Shown: piece by piece, positions 13,401-29,672 of the stretch
Numbering within the stretch: the stretch's first letter is position 1
Layout: every line of letters starts with the position of its first letter
Assembly: GCF_009914755.1 (NCBI RefSeq)
Contig: NC_060937.1
DNA length: 64,000 bases
Direction: 5' to 3' (one strand)
Origin: the human T2T-CHM13v2.0 reference genome, Homo sapiens
Position numbers and translations under genes: made by a program
The notes under the pieces: generated by a model
Told to the model about the DNA's origin: nothing
The model's database searches: none
What the model saw: the letters and a program-made list of their open reading frames with translations, nothing else

Positions 13401-14440
13401 AATACCTGTTGAGAATTCATACCATCTGATGCTTATATATTAATTTCTTATGTTTGTAAGTTTGGCTTTGTGGGACTAGGTGTGGAGAAATTAAAGAGTG
13501 AAGGCCATATTTCATTTTTTATAAATTATCTTTCAAGCTCAGATAGCTTAAGAGCAGTTTATATTAAGGAGACCCTTTTCTCCTTGAGGATAGGGATAGG
13601 TAAGGTAAACTTGTAAAAAGGATGTCACAGAAGTCACTTTTTAATTAAGTCATGATTGAGATACTGAACTCTTCCACTCATTCTTCTTTCCCATTTTCCT
13701 ATTATGTTTGATAATTATATGTATTTTTAAAAACTGTGAGAGGAAAAATTAGTCATAACCCTTTTGGGTTATCCACTTAAATTTAGGTATTTTCATATTA
13801 CTCAGGTAAAGATGGAAATGACAGAGCACAGACATTTATTTTTTAAATTGATAGGGTAGAAAATGAAATGTACTTCTGTTTATTCTTAATACTATATATA
13901 TATATACACACATAGTTTTAGCAAATTGGAAATAATATATTCATTTGTATGGCAAGATAAATGCAGTCATCTTAATACTAGTCTATACATTTTTGCCAAA
14001 TGGCGCAAATATACCTCCATTTATATTTTGTATCTTAAAATGTAGTTTAAAAATAGGACCATGTATGAGACACTTTTTTACAAAAAGTGCCGTATATACA
14101 TATGTAACAGGTGAGTGTGTGTTTAACATAATTTATAATTATTTCTGTCAGTACAGCGTATATGGAAAATTCAAGTTGTTTTTAACATATTCAAGTATGT
14201 TCAGTATAAAATAAGTTAATCCCATTTCATAATGTAAATCATATTTTTGTTATTTGCCATATTTTATTTGAAGTGATAAAATTTTATAACTCAAATTTGA
14301 ATGTCATAGTACATTGTGTGCTAACCATGGCAAGCAAACATTTACATTTGTTTTTTACAATAAATTTCTTTTAAAATATACTTTCTATTTTTCTGTACTG
14401 ACATATGCAATAAATTGGTACATTAAAAATTTGATTAATG
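10424..14440 (+). other. ABHD13: ABHD13 long AU-rich 3'UTR (end approximate)
   Basis: repeat-poor AT-rich sequence after the stop, ending at clustered AATAAA signals followed by T/GT-rich sequence. Confidence 0.7.
14359..14414 (+). terminator. ABHD13: Polyadenylation signals (AATAAA at 14359-14364 and 14409-14414)
   Basis: two canonical hexamers, TGTA between them, downstream gtttgtattcagtctttttt. Confidence 0.7.
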
Positions 14441-15289
14441 TCTTCAGATAGTTTGTATTCAGTCTTTTTTTAAAAATTGTTAATCTAGAATTTTATGGTA
14501 GGACATTAAAATTTCTTCAATGGTTACGTAAAATTCCTGAATTTGCACTGAAATTAATGAATTTTATTCTAGTAATGGTGTGGATAAAAAATAGAAGTTA
14601 GATTTATATTTCCTTCCCCGGAGAGTATTATCCTCTTACATATATTTAATTTAGGCTAATATTAAAACTATACATAAACCACTGGTGAATGACTAATCCC
14701 TAATGCATTTCTTTAGTTAATTGAATCTAGGAATGAATACATTTTAACTTCATAATTATGTTGCCTTCAGATTTCATAAAATGCTTTTTTTTAAAAATTC
14801 TGCTTTTCCCCCCCTCTTGTTTGTATTTTAGTTAATGGTTTTTAATGATCAAAAAATGACCTGATACTAACTCAGCCTTTAGGGGCCTATACCTTGCTTT
14901 TCCTAACAAGAAATGTGCATGCTTGAATATGTCAGAATGAGTTGGATCATAGGAAGTGTAAGATGAATCTTAAATGGTCCCCTGAAAGGGAAGATGAAGA
15001 ATTCACGTATTGGAGCCCATCTTTGTATGGGTAGATCTAGTGGGAGCTAGGGTCTCTCATGTACTACCCTGAAAGATAGCCAACTTGAATCCCAGGGTGA
15101 AGTCATTTTTAGATTACTATTTCTTAAATTTGAAAGATAAGTTTTTTTCACATTCCCATTTCACTCTCCAACTCTTTCATTACATTCTGTTACATACTAA
15201 AAAGCATGAACAATTAGATCTGGCTAGAGACTATAACTCCTATCTTACTAAGGGGAGAGGAAGGTAAAGAAATTTTTTGAGTATTTTCA

Positions 15290-15460
15290 AATATAAGGCC
15301 CAGGTGTTGAATGTGTTAATGTCATTGAATCCTCACAACAAACCTTAGAGTGATTTGTAGTCCCATTTTGTAAGAAATGGCTCGGAGTGGTTCAGTAACA
15401 TGCTCAAGGTTACCTAGAGTGAACCAAGATGTCAATCCAGGTCTCTAATTCTAAATCGAG
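15290..15460 (+). mobile_element. MIR fragment
   Basis: 'cattgaatcctcacaacaaacc...cccattttg...gaaatggctcggagtggttcagtaacatgctcaaggttac'. Confidence 0.6.
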
Positions 15461-16844
15461 GACAGCTATTCATTTGCTAATTTACCCAAACAATTTGAAA
15501 ATTTTGTTCATGTTGGAATAGATTAGAAATATTGAAATGGGTTACAAGTTGGTCAGTTATTTAGGAATCCAAAAGAATTGGCTGTGAATTGAAATAAGTA
15601 TTATACAGTAAAGTACATGTTTTCAAAGTCATTAAATGTGTGTTTCTATAGGAAAATCTAGATAAGAGTTATCCTCTCAAAAAATCTTGGAGTTGTCTTT
15701 TTGTTCCTGATATTTTGAAACACATCTTGCTGTTTTTCCAATAAGATTTATTTTCCCAACATTTCCACTACTACCATACTAGTCCCTGACATTATTTCAT
15801 AGTAGTCAACATTTTTATTGGGTGATTTTTGTGTTCAAAGTATTGTTCTGACTCCTTTTTGTCGTTTATTCTTAATAACTGAATATGAACTGGATCATTG
15901 CCCCATTCTTTGTAACTTACCAGAAAAACTCCTTATCATTCCCTATCCAGTGGTTTTCAGTGGCTGCATTTCTCAGTAGATCAAAGTCAGAGTTCTCATT
16001 CTATGGGGTCCTTTACAAACTAAACCTTGTAAAGGGTATCCGTTCTTTCTCTTTCTTGAATCAAACTTACTCCTCTTCTGTGCATTTATTTATATCTGGT
16101 GCTTTAACCTCTAGATCCAGTGCCTCCCTCCCACCTCTCTAGGCCTCTGAGTCCCTGACCAAATTTATGGTAGCTCTACCAGTAGCTTTTTTTTTTCTTT
16201 TTCTGAACACCCATTGCATTCAAAGCATTTTGTATTTTGATACCTGATTATATTCAATTCATTTCTTTATAATATATTGTCTTTTGATCTGACAGGAATG
16301 TCATGTGATTCCTGTCTTACATGGCACCTGGCACAGTGCTGAGCATGTTGTGGTACTAGATACATTTTCTGTATAGAATGTGCACACTGATTATAAAGTT
16401 TGTCCAAACTTCCATCTTTAAGAAGAAAGGCACGAAGGCCATTACTTTAATACTTTACATTTCTTAAAAGTTTAGACCTAAAATAGCAACAAACCTGGAA
16501 GTTACACACAGCCCAAAGCAATAATTAAAGTGGAAACATTGGAAGTTACCCGTAATTACACGGGTCTGCAGAAAATAAGAGGGGCAATAATTGTGCAGGT
16601 CGTATGTTCCCTGAGGGCTCCTTCTTAAGCAGAGCAGAAGAGCCTAGTAACAGTAAGCTCAGGGAGGAGAGGAGCAAAGAGTACAGATGGTGGATGTGAA
16701 ACAGAGATCAGTGGAGATCAACAAGTGTGGCAGTATCAAGTAGATCTGTTGGATAGGACAAGAAGAACCAGAAAGTCAGGTGGGCACATTAGTGGAAGGG
16801 CAAAGAAGCCCTTGTCGTGGGACATCCAGTTTGGGAGATAGTGA

Positions 16845-17177
<333 letters not shown>

Positions 17178-17430
17178 TCTTTTAACCCTGTACCCATGGT
17201 TCCCTTATTAAAAATTTATCATCATCATTACTTTTTAAACAAATGAAATGACACAGACAGTTGAATTAATGTGACACTGGCATTTTTCTTAGCCTTTTGT
17301 TCCAGAGCCTATTTCTTGAGGTATGAGTGAGTTCCAGGCTCCTCTATGCAAAGAGCATGCATGTCTCAAAACACAGGACAGACTGCATTAGGGAGTGTGT
17401 GGGAAGGGCAAAATCTCTGGAGACAGTAAA

Positions 17431-17771
17431 TGCTATGGAATGACTATTTGTGCTCTCCCAAAATTCATGTGTGAGATCCTAATCCCCAAAGCAGTGGTAT
17501 TAGGAGGTGGGGATTTGCGGGGCAGTGACCTTATGAGTGTGGAGGAATGAGGGCTCTCATGAAAGGAAGAGGGCTACTCCTACCTCTCTCTGCCATGTGA
17601 GGATACAAGGAGATAGCTGTCTACCAATCAGTAAGAGAGCCCTTACCAGACATCGGGTCTGCCAGCACCTTGATCTTGGACTTTCTAGCCTCCAGAAATG
17701 TGAGAAATAAATTTCTGTTTAAGCCATTTAGTCTCTGATACTTGTTACAGCAGCCCAAAGTGAGTAAGACA
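17431..17771 (+). mobile_element. MaLR solo LTR (MLT1A/MST-like)
   Basis: tgctatgg...taagaca termini; 'aaattcatgtgtgagatcctaatcccc' and 'gcctccagaaatgtgagaaataaatttctg'. Confidence 0.8.
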
Positions 17772-17839
17772 ATAAACAATCCTAATTCTTTCTTAAAAGT
17801 GGCCCTGGAGATGAATGAGAGCTGATTTAATAGTTTTTC

Positions 17840-20132
<2,293 letters not shown>

Positions 20133-21690
20133 TGATTTAATAGTTTTTCAAGCCTGCCATCCCTCCCAGTCTATTACTGTATTTCACCATTACCTATATT
20201 TGGATATCCTGCCATTAGTCATTAACTAGTCATTAACACCTTGAGTTATAGACACACAGGCACCAAGTATAGAGTTTCACCCAATAGATTATAAATTTTG
20301 TGAAGGTGGGCACAATACTCTTTCCTCCATGGAAAGACCAATGCCTTTGACACATAGCTGACATTCAATAAACATTTAGTGAATGAAAAAATTCCTGGCA
20401 TACAGAAAATATTCCACTACATAATGATATTGATGGAAATATATTAATATTTAAATACATTTGCACTCCAAAGTCACTTTCTGCAGGAGTGGAAAGCTCT
20501 AGAACTTTCAGTAGTCTCCATTTGCATCACTGTGCACCCCACAAGCTTGTAAAGGCTGCAGTATGCCGTTGGATTAATCTGGGTATTAAACTCAAGGTAA
20601 TCATAAAGGTGATAACGCAGTACAAGGTGATGGTTACACTTATCATTAAAACACAAACATGTAATTAAAACAATCATGTTAATAATTGAAATGCAATCAT
20701 TAAAGGTTGGTTTACGTGCCATTTTGTTTATTGGAATACAAGGTAGTTGGGGTAGGTGGCCAAAATAATGTTTTATGCTGTTTTTCACTTAAAAGAAAAA
20801 CAATAGAAGGCTTTTTTGAAGGGAAGGAGAATTCAGATTTTTCCATGTGCAAATTTTACCTTATATTTGGAATATATATGTTTAATAACAATGATTTGTG
20901 TTCCATTTTATAAGGGGAGTAGCTAATCTAAAACATAAACCATTTTTGTTCTAATAGTGCAATTTATTTCCCTTATTAGAATCATTATTTATGCTTAGAG
21001 CCTCAAATTCAAGAAAACATATTAATGAATAATTCATTGCCCTCTAATTCTTATTTATGTGAGTAAAACCCGAAGAGAGAAAAGGCAAATCATGGAGAAT
21101 TTTTCAGAAGAAGGTCATTTTAGCAAAATGTGCTATCTCCTACTAAGAGATGGAAAAAAATGCAAAGGAGTAGGAATACTGGAATGTGAGAAAAATATAG
21201 GCTTAGATTACAATGCAGCTCAGAAAAGAGCACACTTTTTGATATGCCTTGGGATTAAACAGTACTATAGCATTTTGTTGAATTTCCCTTTCTGCTTGAA
21301 CCTCTTCTTCCTCTGGAGATATTAGTAGTCCCTCAATCCGGTCCCTCTTCTTTCTTTTTTTCTCCATTCACATTTTTTATTGTTGTTACTGTTTTTAATA
21401 ATCACAAACTTACAGAAAGTTGGAAGTACAGTAAAAGAATTATTTTTAAATCATTTTGAAAATAAGTTCCTGAACTAATGCACCATCACCTGTGAATATT
21501 TCCATGTGTATTTACTAAAAATATGCTATACATTCATAATGCAACCATTGCAATCAAGAAATTAACAAATAATTTCTTGATCCCTAAGATCCCTTTCAAG
21601 TCTTGCTAGTTATCTTGATAATGTCCTTTATATTAAAAGGACTGAGTTTCAAACCACAAGTTGCATTTAGTTACGAAATCTCTTTAGTTT

Positions 21691-22330
21691 CTGTATTGGC
21701 TGGATAATGGCTCCAAGGTAGCTGGTTCTAATCCCTGGAATCTGTATGTTACCTTGTAAGGAAAAATATTTTGCAGATGTGACAAAATTAAGGTTCTTGA
21801 CTTGGGAAGATTATCCTGGACTATCTGGGTAGGCTCTTAATCCAATCATAACTGCCATAAGAGAGAGGCAGAGGGAGATTTGACACACACAGAGAGGAGA
21901 AGGATATGTGAAGATGGAGGTGGAGACTGCAGTGATGAGATCACGAGACAAGGAAGCCGAGGAACACCAGCAGCCACAGAAACTAGAAGCAAGGAAAGAC
22001 TCCTCCCCAGAAGCCTTTGGAGGGGGTGGTCCTGCTGGTGCTTAATTTCAGACTTGGGACCTCCAGAATGACCAGAGAATGAATCCCCATTGTTTTAATC
22101 TTCCATGATTGTGGTAATTTATTACGGCTTTCATAGGGAGATAATACAGATTTTGGTAGAGGAAATGGGGAAATAGCTTTGGAGTTAGTGAACAGGGCTA
22201 GAAGAATTTTGAGAAATGTACTACGAAAAATGTAGATTGCCTTAAAGAGACTGTTGGTAGCAATGTGGACATTAACTGGGCTTCTGGTATGGATTCAGAA
22301 AGAAGTGAGGGGCATGGTAGGAGTGCCTCG
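21691..22330 (+). mobile_element. MLT1 (C/D-like) LTR plus start of MaLR internal sequence
   Basis: 'ctaatccctggaatctgtatgttaccttg...gggaagattatcctggactatc'; LTR ends taataca (~22148), followed by gattttggta. Confidence 0.7.
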
Positions 22331-22928
22331 ATCATCAGCAGCATTTTGGAGAAAGCTGAGGCCTATAGTCCATCCGGTAACATTACATGGTTCCTTTGAA
22401 TATCACTGGACTCTTTCACCAAAGGTGCTGTGCTTCTTAGGTCCAATAAGAGGAAGACAAGCTGAATATTAGATTAGATTAGAATTACCTTGTAAGATGT
22501 CAACAAGTATACTTTACACAGAGGAACCCTGAAATTAAAGAGCCTGCAATCTAATCTTCACTGTTCCACATATAAAATGAGAAAGTTAAATATAGTATGT
22601 GGTGAAGGAGCCTTATATTTTCCACCTTGTTTTTGGATTGTCAAAATAGTGACGCGGTTAACAATTTAAAGTCAAGCTATATAAAACGTTTATTTTTTGC
22701 CTACAAATGTGGTTTACAATTCTATCAAATGTCACAGTTTTCTCATAAAAAGTCTCATTTTATTTAATGAGCTTGTAAATATGATTGAACTGCTATTGAA
22801 AGTGATTCTTTCTTCTGTAATTTAAGAAGTTGTGTGACCTTGGGATGATATTTCACCTTTCAGGGCCTTGTGAAAAGTGGGCGTTTGGCTCAGTTGGTTC
22901 TAGTGGCCGCATCCAGCAAGGGCTTTCT

Positions 22929-23226
22929 TTTCTTTTTTTTTTTTTGAGATGGAGCCTCGCCCTGTCGCCCAGGCTGGAGCGCAGTGGCGCAATCTCGGCT
23001 CACTGCAAGCTCTGCCTCCTGGGTTCATGCCATGCTCCTGCCTCAACCTCCCTAGTAGCTGGGACTACAGGCGCCTGCCACCTTGCCCAGCTAATTTTTT
23101 GTATTTCAGTAGAGACGGGGTTTCACCATGTTAGCCAGGGTGGTCTCGATCTCCTGACCTCATGATCCGCCTACCTCGGCCTCCCAAAGTGTTGGGATTA
23201 CAGGCATGAGCCACCGTGCCCGGCCT
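22929..23226 (-). mobile_element. AluY/Sc, antisense
   Basis: full Alu; 14-bp TSD agcaagggctttct at 22915-22928 and 23227-23240. Confidence 0.93.
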
Positions 23227-24976
23227 AGCAAGGGCTTTCTATGATTCCGAGTATATAGAAATCAAAAGCATTTTAGATTCCCATAAGGTTGATCAAAAGT
23301 ATAGGATGTCTTCTTTAAAATATATGAATTTACTTTGAATAAGAATGCTCATTGTAGTACATTATGGATAAATGCACATTCAACTTTTGTTTACCTGGTT
23401 CTTTAATCCAGTCATAAGGAAAAAAAGACAGTTTGTCAGCAGTGTTTAAATGTATGTGTCTTGGATCAATTTAAATGCTATAGATACTCCAGTTTTACAG
23501 TCATATTCTAGAGCAAAGTAAACACTTGGAAGATGGCTATGGCATGGGATAATTTCCTTTTTGTAAAAACAGTTTTTACATCAAACGGTTTTACATCAAA
23601 CTGTCTCTGTTTGTCTCATCAGAGAAGTATCAAAAGAGATAGAAATTATTTTAAATAATGAACTAACTGGAAATTCTGATGTTGAAAGGCACAATCACTG
23701 AAATGAAAAATTCACTAAACAGGCTTAACAGCAGAATCAAACTGGCAGAAGTAATCAGCAAACTTGAATATCGACTTCATAAAGTTTATATAAACTTGAT
23801 CAAGACTAGGCAATCTGAAACACAGAGATCAAAAGAAGAGTGAAGAAAAATGAGCAGAGCCTCAAAGAACTGCACCAACATGCACATAATGGTAGTGCCA
23901 GAAAGAGAGGAGAGAAAAGAGCAGAAAAAATATCCAAAGAAATAATGACCAAAAATTCCCCAAATTTGATAAAAAACATCAATCTATACACCCAAGATCA
24001 AGGAACTCCAAGTAGGATGAGCACAAAGTGATCCATACCTAGAAACAGCAAAGGAAAAATGCTGAAAAACAAGAGAGAAAATATTGAACGCAGCAAGAGT
24101 AGAACAACTCATCATGTATAAAGAAATCCCCAATAAGATTAACAGCTGACTAATCTTCAGAATTGATTAGAGGAAGACAGAAAGTAGTGGTATTAAATAT
24201 TCAAAGTACTGAAAGAGAACTGTCAAACAACATCTTATATTCAACAAAACTTTCAGAAATGAACATGAAACAAAATATTCCTAGAAACAAGAACATAATT
24301 TTTGTGAGCAGGACCCACCTTGCGAGAAATACTAAAGGAAGTCATTCACACTGAAAGTAAGTAATCATATATGGTAATTTGAATCCACACACAAAAAAAC
24401 AAAAAGCACTGGTAAAGATAATTATGTAATTAGAGAAGACAGTATACATGCATATTTATTCTCCTTTTCTTAAATTATGTAAATAACTTGCATAAAATAT
24501 ATATGCATAATTGTATTATTCAGTCTACAACAAATAAATATGTAATTTGATGATAAAAACAAAGGAAGTGGGTAGGAGGAAAGCTGCCATGGAATAATGA
24601 AATGACGTCAGATAGTAACTTGAATCCACAGGGGAAAAAAAGTGGACCTAAAATGGTAAGTAAGAAGACTATTATAACAAACTCTATAAATATACTTGCT
24701 TTGCTTTTATCCCTAAGTCTCCTTAGTAAATATAAAAATTGTATAAGTAAAATTATAAGAATTTATTTTGGTTTTGGTTTTATAATATGCATAGATGTTT
24801 ACATGTATAACAATATCATCAAAAGAGGAAAGAGGGAAGAGAGCTATGTAGAAGTTACATTTCTGTATCTCACTGGAATTAAGTTAGTATAAATTTCAAG
24901 TAGATTCTGATAAGCTATGATAAGTATGGTAAGTCTTAGAGAAATCAATAAGGAAATCACTTAAAAATATATTATG

Positions 24977-25250
24977 AGGCCAGTTGTGGTAGCTCCTCTA
25001 GCCCTTTGAGAGGCTAAGGCAAGATGGTGAATTGAGGCCAGGAGTTTGAGAAAAACCTGGGCAATAGCAAGTCCCCATTTTCTACAAAAATAAATAAATG
25101 AATAAAATTTGCTTGGTGAGGTGGTGTACACCTGTAGTCCAAGCTACTCAGGAGGCTGAAGCAAGAGGATGGCTTGAGCTCAGGAATTTGAGGCTGCAGT
25201 GAGCAATGATTGTGCCATTGCTCTCCAGCTTGGTCAACCCGGTTTAAAAG
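24977..25250 (+). mobile_element. AluJ, degraded, nested in L1M
   Basis: ggccagttgtggtagctc...gaggccaggagtttgag...gaggctgcagtgagc. Confidence 0.8.
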
Positions 25251-25677
25251 AAATATATATGTATATTAATATAGTAAATATAGTGAAAAAATATATACAT
25301 CGTGAAAAAATTATTAAAGGAATTGAATTAAATAACGCTACACTCAAAAACATTAATGCAAAGTAAAGCAGTAAAGGAGAAATAGAGAAAATAAAAGATA
25401 TGAGACATGTAGAAAACAAAAACTAAAATGGCAGACATAAATATAACTATACCAAATGATAACATTAAATGCAAATGGATTAAATAGTCCAATTTAAAGT
25501 CAGAGATCGCTGACAATCAATTAGGGTGGGCAATCGGATTCAGCAATGTACTCTCTAGAGGACATACTTTATATTGAAAGATACAAATAGGTTTAAAGTA
25601 GAATAATGGTAAATGATATAACAAATGCAAACAGTAACTATAAGAAAACTTAAGTGGCTATACTTCTATCAGACACA

Positions 25678-26073
25678 GTGGTAGGATGGCTGAATATTCC
25701 CCAGATGAGATGGGGAGATTATGCTGGATTATCAAGTGAGCTTCATGTAGTAACAAGAGTCATTATGAGGGGTACCAGGATGTCAAAGTGATAAGTTAGA
25801 GATACAACAACAGAAGCAAGAGATTGTAGAGATATGAGGAAGGAATTACAAACCGAGAAATGCAGGCAGTTACTAGAAGCTTAAAAAAGGCAAGTGAACT
25901 AATTCTCTCAGAGTTTGCAGGGGAACCAGCCTACCAATATCTTGAATTTAGCTCATGAAACTGATTTTTGATATCTGACTGCAGACAAGTAAGAGAAGTA
26001 AGAGAATGAATTGACATTTTAAGCCACAAAATCTTAAAAAATTTGTTATAGTACCAATATAAAATTAAGACAG
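25678..26073 (+). mobile_element. MLT1 LTR nested in L1M
   Basis: 'gagatggggagattatgctggattatc' and 'aatttgttatagtacc...aagaca'. Confidence 0.65.
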
Positions 26074-27048
26074 GCAGGATAGATTGTAAAAATAAAATAT
26101 TACCAAAGATAAGGAGGGTTATTTTATATTGATAAAGGGTCAATCCATCAGAAAGATATAACAATTGTAAACATATATACACCTAACCATAGAGCCCTAT
26201 AATACACAAAAGAAAAACTGACAAAAGTGAAAGAAAAAAATAGACAATTCAACATGTCATAGACTTTAGTACTACACATTCAATAATGGATAGAACAAAT
26301 CAGCAGAAGACCAACAAGAAAATATAAAACTTATGCAAACTATAAACCGAATAGACTTCACATACACAGATAAAATACACAAAAGCAGCAGAATACATAT
26401 TCTTTTCAAGCAGACATGGAAGATCTTTCAGGATTCCATAGGCTAAGTTATAAAACCAATCTTAGAAAATTTAAAAGGATAGAAATAACAAAGCATATTC
26501 ACCAAGCAGAATGGGCTGAAACTAGAATTCAATGACAGAAAGAAATTTGAGAAACTCGCAAATATATTGAAATTCAAGAACACACTGCTAAATAACCAGT
26601 GGGTAAAAGAAGAAATCACAAAGAGAATTAGAAAATGCTTTAAGATAAATGAAAATAAATATAAAACACACCAAAACTTAATATGCAGCTAAAAACAGGC
26701 ATACAGCTTAGTGGGAAATTTATAAGTGTAAAATACTGTATTTTTTAAAAGTTCTTAAATTGATGGACCAATATTCCATCTTGAGACACTAAAAGAAGAG
26801 CAAATTGAACACAAAGCAAGCAGATTAAAAATAATAAATATTAGTGTTGAAATTAATGAAATAAAGAATAGTAAAACAATAGATAAAAATCAGTGAAACA
26901 AAAAGTTGGTTCTTTGAAAAAGACCAATAAGGTTGAAGAACCTTTTACTAGACTGATGAAACAAAAGAGAGAGAGAGAGAATAATTATGTTAATAACATC
27001 AGGAATGGAGGGGACATTGCTGCTGAAATTAAAAGATTTAAAGAAATG

Positions 27049-27912
27049 TAGTAGTAACGACTTATCTGTGGGAGATATGTTCCAAAATCCCAAGTGGATG
27101 CTTGAAACCACAGATAATATTGAACTCTTCATATACTATATTTTTTCCTTATTATACATACCTGTGATAGATTTATCAATTTCGCTCAGCATGAGATTAA
27201 CAATAACTAATAAAAACAGAATAATTATAGAAATATACTATAACAAAAATATGCAAATGTAGTCTGTTTCTCTCTCTCAAAATATCTTATTGTACTGTAC
27301 TTGCCTTTATTCTTCTTGTGATAATGCAAGATGATGAGCTGCCTACCCACTGAGAGAAAATGAGGTGAATGACTTGTGTGTTGTGGCATAGTGTTAGGCT
27401 ACTACAGATCCTCTGGTAATGTTAGAAGGACCATGTGCTTTGGGTTATCTCAGATCACTGAGCCACGACAATATCAATGGTTGGATGTCAGGATGATCTG
27501 ATAAGCAAGACAGCAACTAATTGACTAATGTGTGGGTATAATATGCAGCACAGGGTATGATTTATGTCCTGGGCAAGATGAAGCGGGATTGACTAGGTGT
27601 GATGACACACATTTGTAGTCCCAGCTACTGGGGAGGCTAAGGTTGGAGGATCACTTGAGTCCAATAGTTCAAGGCTGCAGTGAGTTATGATTGCACTACT
27701 GCACTCCAGTGAGACCCTGTCTCTATTAAAAAAAAAAAAAAAGTGAGGCAGGATGACATGAGATTTTATCACACTACTTAGAATGGTGTGCAATTTAAAA
27801 TTTATGAATTGTTTATTTCTGGTGTTTTCTATTTAATATTTTTGGACTGCAATTTACTGCAGGTAACTGGAACTATGGAAAGTGAAATGACAAATAAGGG
27901 CAGGACTGCTGT
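27049..27912. mobile_element. MER44/Tigger7-type DNA transposon containing an Alu monomer (27593-27742)
   Basis: 'cttatctgtgggagatatgttccaaaatcccaagtggatgcttgaaacc' start and 'aaataagggcaggactgctgta' end; Alu right arm with poly-A inside. Confidence 0.65.
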
Positions 27913-28419
27913 ACCATCAACAATCAACAAATTAGATAATTTAGATCAAATGGGACAAAATTTGTAGAAAGATACAAGCTCTCAAAACTGACTGAAGAAG
28001 AAATAAAAAATCGGAATAGACCTGAAACAAGTAAAGAGACTGAATAAATAATCAAAATCCATCCAACAAAGAAAATTCTAATTCCAGATCCTTCATTAGT
28101 GAATTGCTCCAAATCTTTAAAGAAGAATTAACAGCAATCCTACACAAACTCTTCCAAAAAATAAAAGATGAGTGAACATATTCCAAATTATTCTATGAGG
28201 TTAGTGTTACTCTGATACCAAAGCCAGACAAAGAAATTACAAGACAGAAAACTAAGGATCAAGCTACCCATATAAATATAGGTACAAAATCCTCATAACA
28301 TACCAGCCAACTGAATCCAGCAATATATAAAAGAATCAATTGCCATGACCAAGTGGCATTTATCACAGGAATGCAAAGATGGTTTAAAATCTAAGCATTA
28401 ACTAATGCAATACACCATA

Positions 28420-28760
28420 TGTTTTACTCCACTCGGGCTCACATGACTGATTAGCTTAAAAAATAGACATTTTCTCACAGTTCTGAAAGCTAAAAGTCCA
28501 TGATCAAGGTGCCAACAAATTCAGTTTCTGGTGAGGGTTCTCCTCCTGACTTGTAGTTGATCACCTTCTCACTGTATTCTCACATGGCTTTTCCTCTGTG
28601 GAGGGAGGGAGGGAGGGAGGGAGGGAGTGAGGGAGAGAGAGAGAGAGAGAGAGAGATTTCTCTTGTCTCTTCTTCTTTGAAGGACACCAGTACTATGGGT
28701 TTACAGCCCACCCTTATGCCTTCATTTAACCTTAATTACCTCCTTAAAGGCTCTATCTCC
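28420..28760 (-). mobile_element. MaLR LTR (MLT1A/MST-like), antisense, with (GGGA)n(GA)n
   Basis: 'ttctcacagttctgaaagctaaaagtccatgatcaaggtgcc' and 'ttcatttaaccttaattacctccttaaagg'. Confidence 0.65.
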
Positions 28761-29191
28761 TTAAAACAAAACAAAACAAAACAAAAAACCGTTAAAAAAC
28801 TAGGAATAGACAGGAACTAACTCAATATCATAATAAGCATTTAGAAAATACAGCCAACATCAGACCCAATGATGAAAGACTGGAATCTTCCCCCTAAGAT
28901 CAGGAACAAGACAAGAATATATACTCTTGTCACTTCTAATTCCACATTTTACTAGAGGTTCTATTCAGGACAGTTAGGAAAGAAAATAAAATAACAAAGC
29001 ATATAGACAAGAAAGGAAGAAGTAAAACTATATTAGCAGATCATATGATCTTGTACATAGAAAACCATAAAGAAATCCACTAAAAAACATTGGAACTATT
29101 ATACGTATTCAATAAGGACGCAGGGTTGAAGATCAAGATGGAATATTACTTTTATTTCCATATATTGTTAAAAAATCCAATATGATGGGAA

Positions 29192-29672
29192 GTATTGAGG
29201 ATTGATTTGTTTATGCCAAAAATGATATACTGAAATTCTAATTTCTAGAACCTATGCATGTGACCGTATATAGAACTAGGGTCTTTGAAAATATAATTAA
29301 AATGTAAGTTGAGATCCTGCTGAAGAAGGATGAGCCCTTAATTCAATATAACTGGTGTCCTTATAAATAAGAGTAGAAGAGAAATGGATACATATACACA
29401 TAAAGAGCAGAACACCACATGAAGTCACATAGACACGCACACACACACACACACGATCGCCATGTGACAATCAAGGCAGACACTGGAGTTGTGCAGCTTC
29501 AAGCCCAGGAACCCCAAACATTCCCATGAATCATTTAGAAACTACCAGTGAAAGTATGGCCCTGTTTACACCTTTATTTCAGACTTCTCTCATTTAGGAC
29601 TGTGAGAGAGTAAATTTCTGTGGTTTTAAGTCTCTAAGTTTTTGGTTATTTATTATGGCAGCCCTAATACAG
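29192..29672 (+). mobile_element. MLT1B-like LTR nested in L1M
   Basis: 'actggtgtccttata', 'ccatgtgacaatcaaggcaga', 'ctgtgagagagtaaatttctgtggttttaag'. Confidence 0.7.
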
